Below are positions 16,958 to 25,764 of a stretch of DNA of 64,000 nt, piece after piece. Position numbers and translations under genes: made by a program. This stretch comes from a bacterium (GTDB lineage: Bacteria > UBA8248). The stretch lies in the NCBI GenBank assembly GCA_965203325.1, contig OZ241875.1:2656001-2720000 (forward strand), written 5' to 3'. The number at the start of each line of letters is the position of its first letter. The stretch's first letter is position 1. The notes under the pieces were generated by a model, which saw nothing but the letters and a program-made list of their open reading frames with translations, did no database searches and was not told the DNA's origin.

Positions 16958-19630
16958 ATGATGTTCAAAGACAAGTATATTCACAAGCTTTACGCTTTCG
17001 CGCTGGCGGCGCTCTTCGCGCTGACGCTGGCGGGCTGTGGCGGCGGTGGCGGTGGTGCTGCTACGCCGGACCCGGAGCCGCCACCGGTGCCGCCGACGGC
17101 TTATGAGGTGGCGGTTGATGCAATCGCGGCAGCCGAGACGGAGGCAGCGGCGCGGGCGGCGGTCGCCACGGCAGTGGCCGCCGGCATCTCGGGCACGGAG
17201 CTCCAGGACCTGAACACGAAGGTCGACGAGCGCGTGGCGGCCCTGGCCATGATGGCTCGGATCGATGCGCAGAAGATGGCTTTGGCGAACGCGGCCGGCA
17301 TGATCGACACGTCCGACCTGTCGACTCAGGCTGCGGTCGATGCGGCCGAGGCTGCCATCGCCGCGCTGAAGGCGGCGATCGCCGCCGCGGCCGACGTCGA
17401 CGACACGTCGATGTACGACGCGCAGGTGACCGCGGCCGAGACAGCCGTGGCGAACGCGCAGAGCATGCTCGACCATGCGGCCCAGACGACGGCGCTGGCG
17501 GATGCCGTTACGGCCCTTCAGGCAATCGACCTGACCGACCTGTCGACGCAGGAGAAGATCGACGACGCCCAGGGCGCCATCGACGCGCTTCAGACGGCGC
17601 TGGACAACGCGACAGAACTGAGCGCTGCCGAAAAGAGAGCAGCCATGACCGAGCTGGCGACAGCCAATCGGAACGTGATGCTGGCGCAGGGCAGAACCGA
17701 CCTCGAGGTCCAGAGGATGGCGCTCTCGAGTGCCGTCGAGGGCCTTCAGGCAATCGACCTGACCGACCTGTCGACGCAGGAGAAGATCGACGACGCCGAA
17801 GCGGCCATCGTCGCGCTTGAACTGGCTCTGGAGCAGGCGACCGATCTGACCGACGCCGAGAAGCTCGACGCCACCGTCGACGTGACGGTGGCCAAGCGGA
17901 GGGTGGCGAGTGCGCAGGAAACTCTCACCGCCAACGTCGGTACGCAGAGAACGGCTCTTGCGGACGCGGCCGGCATGATCGACACGTCCGACCTGTCGAC
18001 CCAGGAGAAGATCGACGCCGCCAACGCGGGCATCCGGGCTCTCAGGCAGGCGCTGGAAGACGCGGTCAATGTTCCGAACAAGTCGATGTACCAGAGGATG
18101 CTGGACGACGCCATTGCTGCCGTAGATAGTGCGCAGGGTGGCATCGACACCGCAACGCGCCGGACGAACCAGACGACAGCGCTGTCGGATGCTTCCACGA
18201 CGCTCCAGGCGGCCCTCGCGGCGCTTGCCGGTTCGACGCCAACGCAGGAGCAGCTCGACGCCGCCAACAATGCCCTTACCGCTCTGAACGCGGCGATTAC
18301 CGGCGGCGCGGACCTGACCGACGCGGAAAAGGCTACGTATGTGCGAGAGGCGACCAATGCGGCGGCGCCGATCCAAACGGCGCAAGCCGCCTTCGATAAG
18401 GCCGAGGACGATGCGCAGAAGGCCGCGGATGCGGAGATGATGGAGGATGCCAGGAAGCTGTATGCCGGCATCAGTGTTCAGACGGGGACCGCTGGCTCAC
18501 CTGCCGTCGGTGATCGGATCGCCACTTACAACACCGCTGGCACCGCCATTGAGGTGAGCGCCGGCCTCCCCACCACCGCGCCCGCAGCCGTCACCCTGTC
18601 GGAAGACAAGGATGCGCCGGACGTCACCCTCCATGGCTGGGCACGCAAGAGGTACGCCGACCCCGCCGGCGGTGACAGCTACGAGGCAGTCGTCTACTCG
18701 AACGTCGGCGAACCGACGGAGGGCAAGAAGTTCGGCGGGACAGGAGCCCAAGTGACAGCCAACGAGGTCGAGTACGAGCTGACGGACGGGGCGCTCGCCA
18801 TCGACACGACCGACGCAGCTGTCGCGGGGAGAGTCGCCAGTCCGAGCTTCGACCAGTCCGCCGGGACGAAGGTGTTCAAGAAGGACGACAATGAAGTCGC
18901 CAGGATGATCCCCGGCAGCTACCACGGCGTGTCCGGCACCTACAGTTGCACGCCCACCACCGGCACCAACGCTTGCTCGGCTACGGTGGCTGCAGACGGC
19001 TTCACGCTCACCGGCGGCACCTGGACCTTCAAGCCCACCGACGCGAACGACCGGCTCATGGAAACGCCGGACGGCAACTACGCCTCCTACGGCTGGTGGC
19101 TCTACAAGTCAGCGGACGGCGATACCTTCATCGCGAGCGCATTCGTGGATGACAGGGGCGATGGCGAGGGTGCGGCCAGCGGCATCACGGCCTTGCAGGG
19201 AACGGCAACCTACATGGGTGGCGCCGCCGGCAAGTACGCGCTCCACAGCACCACCGGCGGAGCGAACGACGCCGGCCACTTCACCGCGGACGTGACGCTC
19301 GAAGCCGATTTCGGCGACGACATGATCACGGGCACCATCGACAACTTCATGGGCGCCGATGGTGAGTCGCGTGACTGGTCCGTCAAGCTGAATGAAACGG
19401 ACATCAGCGATACCGGGGATATTGACGGTCTCGGCGGTGCCGCCAACGACGAGCAGGTCGGGACGGTCTGGACCAGGGGCGGGACGGCTGCCGCTAAATC
19501 CGGCCAATGGTCCGGAGCTCTCTATGGCAACGGCGACGACGGCGTTCCGCAGGTCGCGACCGGCACGTTCTACACCGAGTTCAATCGGGACGGAAAAATG
19601 GTCGGCGGCTTCGGCGTGAAGAAGCAGTAG
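16958..19630 (+). CDS. Large surface lipoprotein: helical 74-76 aa repeats plus C-terminal TbpB-like beta-barrel
   Basis: Lipobox LAGC followed by poly-Gly; four ID(T/L)(S/T)DLSTQ repeats; C-terminal ATYMGGAAGKY...FTADVTLEADF...ITGTIDNF...WSGALYG...ATGTF...VGGFG. Confidence 0.8.
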   Translation: MMFKDKYIHKLYAFALAALFALTLAGCGGGGGGAATPDPEPPPVPPTAYEVAVDAIAAAETEAAARAAVATAVAAGISGTELQDLNTKVDERVAALAMMARIDAQKMALANAAGMIDTSDLSTQAAVDAAEAAIAALKAAIAAAADVDDTSMYDAQVTAAETAVANAQSMLDHAAQTTALADAVTALQAIDLTDLSTQEKIDDAQGAIDALQTALDNATELSAAEKRAAMTELATANRNVMLAQGRTDLEVQRMALSSAVEGLQAIDLTDLSTQEKIDDAEAAIVALELALEQATDLTDAEKLDATVDVTVAKRRVASAQETLTANVGTQRTALADAAGMIDTSDLSTQEKIDAANAGIRALRQALEDAVNVPNKSMYQRMLDDAIAAVDSAQGGIDTATRRTNQTTALSDASTTLQAALAALAGSTPTQEQLDAANNALTALNAAITGGADLTDAEKATYVREATNAAAPIQTAQAAFDKAEDDAQKAADAEMMEDARKLYAGISVQTGTAGSPAVGDRIATYNTAGTAIEVSAGLPTTAPAAVTLSEDKDAPDVTLHGWARKRYADPAGGDSYEAVVYSNVGEPTEGKKFGGTGAQVTANEVEYELTDGALAIDTTDAAVAGRVASPSFDQSAGTKVFKKDDNEVARMIPGSYHGVSGTYSCTPTTGTNACSATVAADGFTLTGGTWTFKPTDANDRLMETPDGNYASYGWWLYKSADGDTFIASAFVDDRGDGEGAASGITALQGTATYMGGAAGKYALHSTTGGANDAGHFTADVTLEADFGDDMITGTIDNFMGADGESRDWSVKLNETDISDTGDIDGLGGAANDEQVGTVWTRGGTAAAKSGQWSGALYGNGDDGVPQVATGTFYTEFNRDGKMVGGFGVKKQ

Positions 19631-20099
19631 CAGCGAAGAGCAGGACGCCTGTGGCTTCGGGGCTTCACGGCCCCGGGGCCCAAGGCGGTATGAGGAGAGC
19701 GAAAAAGGGGGTTGCCCGTTGGTTGCTTCTCTCGTGAGAGCAAACTGTACCGCTCCTGGTTGTGAGTTTGAGTCCTCGAGCCGGGAGGGGGAACAACGGG
19801 CAGCCCCTGTTTTCGCTTCATGAAAGCAGCCGACACCCCGACTCGGCCTGCACCTCGGGGATCGTGTCGCAGCAATTCCCATCTTCAGGGGTTTTTCAAC
19901 CCCTTAAAGCAGCCCTTTGCGGGGTGTCGGCCCTTTCTCTTCCGACCGGTCGTGCTCGCCTCCTCGCCTTGAAAGGACAGCCCCTCCTCGGAGCTGTCCT
20001 GCCCCCTCTACCCCCCTTTGACAGGGGGGTCTTTTTTTCACCGAGAAGAATTTTACATTCACTCCCCCTTTGAGGGTTTTGCCAATCAACGAGAGAAGG

Positions 20100-20257
20100 G
20101 ATCAACTCCCCCCTTGAGGGGGAGTCGATAAAGCCGAGCGATTTGTGCGAAGGCTGAATCGGTGGGGGGACATGCCACAGATAAAAGCTCCCCCCACCGA
20201 ATCGCTTGAGGGCTTCGCCCTTAGCTCTTCGACTCCCCCTCAAGGGGGGAGTTGATC
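20100..20257. repeat. 158-bp MITE-like palindromic element
   Basis: Perfect 29-bp terminal inverted repeat GATCAACTCCCCCCTTGAGGGGGAGTCGA (20100-20128 / 20229-20257) plus an inner inverted repeat TCGGTGGGGGG/CCCCCCACCGA. Confidence 0.85.
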
Positions 20258-20343
20258 TTGCTCGTTCATCACTCGCGTTTGACCCCTGACAAGGGGGGGG
20301 TAGGGGGGTTGGTTTTCGGGGCGAGCGGGCGGTTTGCGGTTTC

Positions 20344-20582
20344 CGTAGGGGCGGATCTATGTGTCCGCCCGTATCGGGAATGTCTATGCCCGTAAGAGGC
20401 CTCGGACAGGTCTCGACCCCGGACAGGCACAGGGGCCTGTCCGGCTACGTCCCGCGTATCGAGACGATCCGTAGGGGCGCTTCGTGAAGCGCCCGTTTCT
20501 CCGGCAAGGGCGGTTCGCGAACCGCCCCTACACCAATAATGAGTACTCCGCAGGGGTCAGACATATATGTCTGACCCCTACA
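20344..20582. repeat. GTAG-family REP cluster (BIME-like)
   Basis: Several G(T/C)AGGGG-palindrome and palindrome-CCCTAC units, e.g. GTAGGGGCGCTTCGTGAAGCGCCC and GGGCGGTTCGCGAACCGCCCCTAC. Confidence 0.8.
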
Positions 20583-21046
20583 GAACCCTCCATCCGGGGG
20601 GTTGGCCCTCAATCCGGGGGCGCATTTGCCCGCATTTGGCGTTACCGGGCATGCGCCCGCGCGGGGCAGGATCGGGCGCGCGAACCTGGAGGAGTTCCGA
20701 TGGACCCGGGCCGGATGGATCTGGAAAGAAGAAAGCGAACGGACGCGGCGGCCCGGGTTCGGCCGGCGGCGGACCCGGCGTTTGCCGCGCGACGGGAATT
20801 CCTGAAAAATACGATAAAATCAGATAAATTGACGGGGTTTTTCGATAAATTTCTGACTATGCAAATGGTTGTAATCAAAAGGGTTATCATTCAAATCTTA
20901 GCGTCCCGCACTCAGATATGGCGCAAAAAAAGTTTTTCGCCGACCCCCGCATTTGCCCGCAACAGCCCGCATTTCCTCCCGCACCGCATCACGCCGGCAA
21001 AGCCTCATTCATCCATCGGCTTTGACCCCCGCAATTGCCCGAAGCG

Positions 21047-22015
21047 CTATTTGCGGATGGTGCCGAAGCTGAAGCCGGTGACGAGGTGCTTCTGGATCAG
21101 GACGCCGAGGATGACCACGGGGATGGTGATGACCGTCCCGATCGCCGCCTGCGGCCCGTAGAGTCTTCCCTCCGACGCGCTCTGGAACTTGTTGAGCAGG
21201 ATGGGCAGGGTGACGACTTTCGGCTGGGTGAGCGTCAGCGCGAGCAGGAACTCGCTCCAGTTCAGGATGAAGATGAACAGGAACGTCACCACCATGCCGG
21301 GCGCGACCAGGGGCATCACGACGCGGCGCAGCGTGTAGATGCGGCCCGCGCCCGTGATGTGCGCGGCGTGCTCGATGGTCTTGGGAATCTCCTCGATGAA
21401 GTTCAGCATCATCCAGATGACGAAGGGCAGCGTGGTCGCTATGTAGAGGAGGCACAGGCCGGTGTAGGAGTCGATCAGGCTGATCCGGTAGCCGAGGACC
21501 GTCTGGGTCGCGAAGGGAATCAGGATGGCGTAGTACATCACGACGGGAATCGCGATGATGATGGGCGGGACCATTCGGATGGTCAGTATCATATAGCGGA
21601 AATACTTCCCGCCCACGTTGAAGCGCGAAATCGAGTAGGCTAGGAACGTGCCCAGCAGGAGTGCTATCAGCGCGCTGACGGAGGAGACGAGCATCGAATC
21701 GCGCACCGCCCCCCAGATCGTGAAGACATGCTCGAGAACATCGCGGTCGACGCGATCGCCCTGTCCGAACAGGCTGAAAATCAGCCGGTAGTTGTCCAGG
21801 GTGGGTTCGTATCCCCCGCCGATGAAGCTCGGGAACCAGTTCGGCGGCCAGGCCAGCCAGTCGCCCGAATCCTTGAAGGAAGTCGATATCATCCAGAAGA
21901 TCGGGAACATGACCATGCTCGCCCAGCCCAGAAGCGCGGCGTGGCGGAACCAGAAGAAGAGGTTGTAGCGCCTGGCGAAGGACATCTCCGCGCGCCTGCC
22001 GGCCTCGTTCGTCAT
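21047..22015 (-). CDS. Carbohydrate ABC permease (MalG-type), copy 2
   Basis: EAA-like loop IEHAAHITGA, WSEFLLAL, QKHLVTG. Confidence 0.9.
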   Translation of the reverse strand: MTNEAGRRAEMSFARRYNLFFWFRHAALLGWASMVMFPIFWMISTSFKDSGDWLAWPPNWFPSFIGGGYEPTLDNYRLIFSLFGQGDRVDRDVLEHVFTIWGAVRDSMLVSSVSALIALLLGTFLAYSISRFNVGGKYFRYMILTIRMVPPIIIAIPVVMYYAILIPFATQTVLGYRISLIDSYTGLCLLYIATTLPFVIWMMLNFIEEIPKTIEHAAHITGAGRIYTLRRVVMPLVAPGMVVTFLFIFILNWSEFLLALTLTQPKVVTLPILLNKFQSASEGRLYGPQAAIGTVITIPVVILGVLIQKHLVTGFSFGTIRK

Positions 22016-22102
22016 CTCATTCCCACCTCTCGGGCGATGGACCGCTCCCGCACGAGCAGATACATCCTGTCATTTATCCATTCCCCGCATTATCGCGGGG
22101 GG

Positions 22103-23071
22103 CTACTTGCGGATGGTGCCGAAGCTGAATCCCGTGATGAGGTGTTTCTGGATCATGACGCCGAGGATGACCACCGGTACGGTGATGACGGTCCCGATCG
22201 CGGCTTGCGGCCCGTAGAGCCTGCCCTCCATCGCGCTCTGGAACTTGTTGAGCAGGATGGGCAGGGTGATGACTCTCGGCTGGGTGAGCGTCAGCGCGAG
22301 CAGGAACTCGCTCCAATTCAGGATGAAGATGAAGAGAAAGGTCACCACCATGCCCGGCGCGACCAGGGGCATGACCACGCGGCGCAGCGTGTAGATGCGC
22401 CCCGCGCCCATGATTTGGGCGGCGTGCTCGATGGTCTTGGGGATCTCCTCGATGAAGTTCAGCATCATCCAGATGACGAAGGGCAGCGTGGTCGCTATGT
22501 AGAGGAGGCACAGGCCGGAGTAGGAGTCGATCATGCTGATCCGGTAGTTGAGGACCGTCTGGGTGGCGAAGGGAATCAGGATGGCGTAGTACATCACGAC
22601 GGGAATCGCGATGATGATGGGCGGGACCATGCGGATGGTCAGGATCATGTAGCGGAAATACTTTCCGCCCACGTTGAAGCGCGAAATCGAGTAGGCCAGA
22701 AACGTGCCCAGCAGGAGCGCTATCAGCGCGCTGATGGAGGAGACGACCATCGAATCGCGCACCGCTCCCCAGATCGTGAAAGCCTGTTCGGCGTATTCGC
22801 GGCTGAGGCCTTCGCCGTGCCCGACGATGCTGAAAATCTGCCGGTAGTTGTGCAGGGTGGGTTCGTATCCCCCGCCGATGAAGGACGGGAACCAGTTCGG
22901 CGGCCAGGCCACCCAGTCGCCCGAATCCTTGAAGGAAGTCGAGACCATCCAGAAGATCGGGAACATGATCATGATCGCCCAGCATATTAGCGCGGCGTGG
23001 CGGAACCAGAAGAAGAGGTTGTAGCGCTTGGCGAAGGACATCTCCGCGCGCCTGTCGGTCTCGTTCGTCAT
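22103..23071 (-). CDS. Carbohydrate ABC permease (MalG-type), copy 1
   Basis: Near-identical to copy 2; ATGA overlap with the MalF-type gene. Confidence 0.9.
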   Translation of the reverse strand: MTNETDRRAEMSFAKRYNLFFWFRHAALICWAIMIMFPIFWMVSTSFKDSGDWVAWPPNWFPSFIGGGYEPTLHNYRQIFSIVGHGEGLSREYAEQAFTIWGAVRDSMVVSSISALIALLLGTFLAYSISRFNVGGKYFRYMILTIRMVPPIIIAIPVVMYYAILIPFATQTVLNYRISMIDSYSGLCLLYIATTLPFVIWMMLNFIEEIPKTIEHAAQIMGAGRIYTLRRVVMPLVAPGMVVTFLFIFILNWSEFLLALTLTQPRVITLPILLNKFQSAMEGRLYGPQAAIGTVITVPVVILGVMIQKHLITGFSFGTIRK

Positions 23072-24018
23072 CCCATTCGCTCCTCTTCGACGATGGATCG
23101 TTCCCGCACGAGCAGATAAATGCCGTAGAAGATGAGTGCTCCGAACATGAAGAGCAGCAGAATCGAGGCGGCCGCGCCGAAGCTGTACTTGTTGAACTGC
23201 CACACCTGCCGCCAGAGGAAGAAAGCGATGGTTTCGGTCGAGGTGCCCGGCCCGCCGAAGGTGAGCAGTACGGACAGATCGAAGAGTTTAAGCGCCTCCA
23301 TCGATCGAATGATGACGGCGATCATGATCGCGGGCTTCAGCAGCGGCAGGTGGACTTTCCAGAATATCTGCCACCTGCTTGCCCCCAGAACGCGCGCGGC
23401 GTTGGTGAGTTGTTGCGGGAGCGCGGCGAAACCCGAGAGGAAAATCAAGAACGTGAGCGACGTCCACTGCCAGACGTCGGCGAGGATGATCGCCCACTGC
23501 GCGGCGATGGGGTGCGAGAGCCAGCGGATGCGCGGGTTCACGCCCATGGCTTCGGTGATCGGAGACAGAATCTGGTTGAGGGGGCCCGAGTCGATGTAGA
23601 TCATCGAAAAGTTGTAGCCCCCCACGACCGGCACCACCATCATGGGGACCAGGAAAATCGTGATGTAGATTCGCCTCCCCCGGAATTGCTTATAAGCCAG
23701 CATGGCGAGAAGAAAGCCGAAGAGCAGTTCGAGCAATACCGCCGTTCCCGCGAAATAAAAAGTCCGCCCGAGCGCCCACCAGAAATCCTCGGTGGTGAGG
23801 ACGCGAGTGTAATTCAGCAAACCGTGAAAATAGGCCTGCTCGAAGGGCCGGTTGGCGCGCCATTTGAGGAGGCTGATGTAGATGGTGAGTATGAAGGGAA
23901 CGGCGAGAAGCAGGAGGAAGGTCGCCTCCACCATGATGAACGGTATCAGGCGGAAAACCTTCTCCTGGGACAGCCAGGCCGAGAGACTCTTGCGTTCTTT
24001 TATCGTTGCTTGGGCCAT
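23068..24018 (-). CDS. Carbohydrate ABC permease (MalF-type)
   Basis: ADVWQWT, AARVLGASRWQ, LTFGGPGTSTET. Confidence 0.9.
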   Translation of the reverse strand: MAQATIKERKSLSAWLSQEKVFRLIPFIMVEATFLLLLAVPFILTIYISLLKWRANRPFEQAYFHGLLNYTRVLTTEDFWWALGRTFYFAGTAVLLELLFGFLLAMLAYKQFRGRRIYITIFLVPMMVVPVVGGYNFSMIYIDSGPLNQILSPITEAMGVNPRIRWLSHPIAAQWAIILADVWQWTSLTFLIFLSGFAALPQQLTNAARVLGASRWQIFWKVHLPLLKPAIMIAVIIRSMEALKLFDLSVLLTFGGPGTSTETIAFFLWRQVWQFNKYSFGAAASILLLFMFGALIFYGIYLLVRERSIVEEERMG

Positions 24019-24108
24019 CTTCTCTTCATCTTAACTAGAGTCAAAGCGCATCGCGCGAGGCGCCCGCCCCGGCTTTCACACCGGAGCGGGCGCTCTTGTG
24101 CGCGGTGT

Positions 24109-25587
24109 TTAGTTGGTCGGCGCGAACTTGTCGATGTAAGCGCCGCTGGCGACGCTCGCTCTCCAAGCCGCAATTTGCTCTTTCCGGCCGATGTCCTCGG
24201 TGATGCGGTTCCAGCCTTTTTCGACGTTCTTCGCCGCCTGCTCGGCGGAGATGTTGCCCTGCATGACCTGCGCCATGTTCTTGTCGAGCACGTTGAAGTA
24301 CTCGTAGTTACCCTCGATCATGAGCAGGGAGATGGCGTTTTTCGCGTTCTTCATCGTCATCTTCACGAAAGGCTCGGTGTGCTTGGCGAGCACGGCCTTG
24401 TTCGTCAGGTTCGACATGCGCATCGGATCCCAGAAGCCTGCCGGGTCGGCGATGGCGATGTCGCCCTGGGTCGGGCCCGTGAACCACTGGATGAAGTAGT
24501 AGGCGAGCTCGGGGTGTTTGCTGTGCGCGTTCACCATGTAGCCGGTGCCGGCCGCCTGCGGCGCGCGGCGCACCATCTTGCCGCTCGCGCCTTTCACGGC
24601 GGGAACCGGGCAGGCCAGCTGCTTGCCGCTGATCTTGCTCTTCGGGTTGCGGTTGGCGTAGCCCATCGCCGAGGGGAAGGACATGAACGAGAAGGCCCGT
24701 CCGCTGCCCCAGTGAGGATAGAGCTGCGGCGTTCCCCAGCCCTGCACGTCGGGCGGCATGTACTTGACGATCGAGGTGAATTCCTTGATCGCCCGGATGC
24801 CGTTCGGCGAATTGATGGTGGGGTTCATGTTCTTGTCGAAGAGCAGTCCGCCCACATAAGCCGGGAAGTGCCTGTAGGAGAAGTTGATGCTCCGGTAGGC
24901 CTGCGCGCCGTAGAGCGGCTGATCGAACTTCATGCCCCAGCGGGTCTGGCCCTTTTTCGTGTGGAAGAACTTGGCCATCTGCTCCCACTCGGCCATCGTG
25001 TCGGGACATCCGGGAGCCTTGCCGAACTTGGCCTTGTACTCCTTCGCGGCCGCCTTCATGATGTCCGAGCGCAGGAACAGCGCGATGTGGTCGCCGTCGA
25101 GGATGAACCAGTAGGTCTTCCCCTTGTACTTCTGCTGCGCCAGAAGGCCCGAGTCGATGCCCGTGAAGTCGGGTTTCCCCTTGGCCATGTACGCATCGAG
25201 CGGCTGGAGCGTGCCCGCGCCCACCGCGTCGGGAATGACGTAGGGGAAGTGGTTGATGACGTCGTACTGTCCCGTCTTCGCCACGGCTTCGGCCATGATC
25301 TTGGCCGGGATGTCTGTGTAGCCGTACTGGATGGAGCCCATCTCGACGCCGGTGAGCTTCTTCCATTGCCTCAGGTATTTCGGCTGGGAGTTCTTGAAGA
25401 GCGAAATCAGGAGCATGGTCTGCTTCGGATTCTTCAGATTATGCTTCTTGATGTACGCTTTCGCTCCGTTGATGGCGCGCTCCTCAACCGTCTTGCCGGG
25501 GTGTACCATCATGGCGGCGATGGCCGTCGAGGCCACGAAAACCGTGACGCCCATCAAGATCAGCGTTGCGAGAAAAATTCTCTTCAT
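24109..25587 (-). CDS. Sugar ABC extracellular solute-binding protein
   Basis: Signal peptide; YDVI, LQPLDAY, SKHPELAYYFIQW, ISAEQAA; operon context. Confidence 0.85.
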   Translation of the reverse strand: MKRIFLATLILMGVTVFVASTAIAAMMVHPGKTVEERAINGAKAYIKKHNLKNPKQTMLLISLFKNSQPKYLRQWKKLTGVEMGSIQYGYTDIPAKIMAEAVAKTGQYDVINHFPYVIPDAVGAGTLQPLDAYMAKGKPDFTGIDSGLLAQQKYKGKTYWFILDGDHIALFLRSDIMKAAAKEYKAKFGKAPGCPDTMAEWEQMAKFFHTKKGQTRWGMKFDQPLYGAQAYRSINFSYRHFPAYVGGLLFDKNMNPTINSPNGIRAIKEFTSIVKYMPPDVQGWGTPQLYPHWGSGRAFSFMSFPSAMGYANRNPKSKISGKQLACPVPAVKGASGKMVRRAPQAAGTGYMVNAHSKHPELAYYFIQWFTGPTQGDIAIADPAGFWDPMRMSNLTNKAVLAKHTEPFVKMTMKNAKNAISLLMIEGNYEYFNVLDKNMAQVMQGNISAEQAAKNVEKGWNRITEDIGRKEQIAAWRASVASGAYIDKFAPTN

Positions 25588-25764
25588 CTCGATTCCTCCT
25601 CCCTCCTGGTTAGGAAAGGCGATGTCATGCTTGCGAATCGCCGGGTTCGAACGCTAAGTTCCCATTAACTGATTCTTCCTGCCTTATTCCGATGTTGCCA
25701 CTTCCTTGCGATACATCGTTTTCCAGACCTTTGTTATTTTTCGTTGGTCGTGCAGCGCCGGCCG

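Noticed and set aside
17291..18010. Diversity-generating retroelement template/variable repeats
   Set aside because: No reverse transcriptase; the repeats are in-frame protein repeats without an evident adenine-specific mismatch pattern.
19960..20600. CRISPR array
   Set aside because: Repeats are heterogeneous, in both orientations and irregularly spaced; no cas genes in the window.
20815..20886. IHF binding sites (AATCAGATAAATTG, AATCAAAAGGGTTA)
   Set aside because: Both have a 5-nt rather than 4-nt spacer relative to WATCAR-N4-TTR.
20484..21161. 225-aa ORF and other short ORFs over 16164-16900 and 19570-20890
   Set aside because: They run through palindromic repeats or antisense to real genes and have no recognisable motifs.
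23350..25668. 772-aa ORF and similar long antisense ORFs (e.g. 4376..6046, 16892..18385, 35282..36667)
   Set aside because: Shadow frames of well-supported genes, expected in high-GC DNA.
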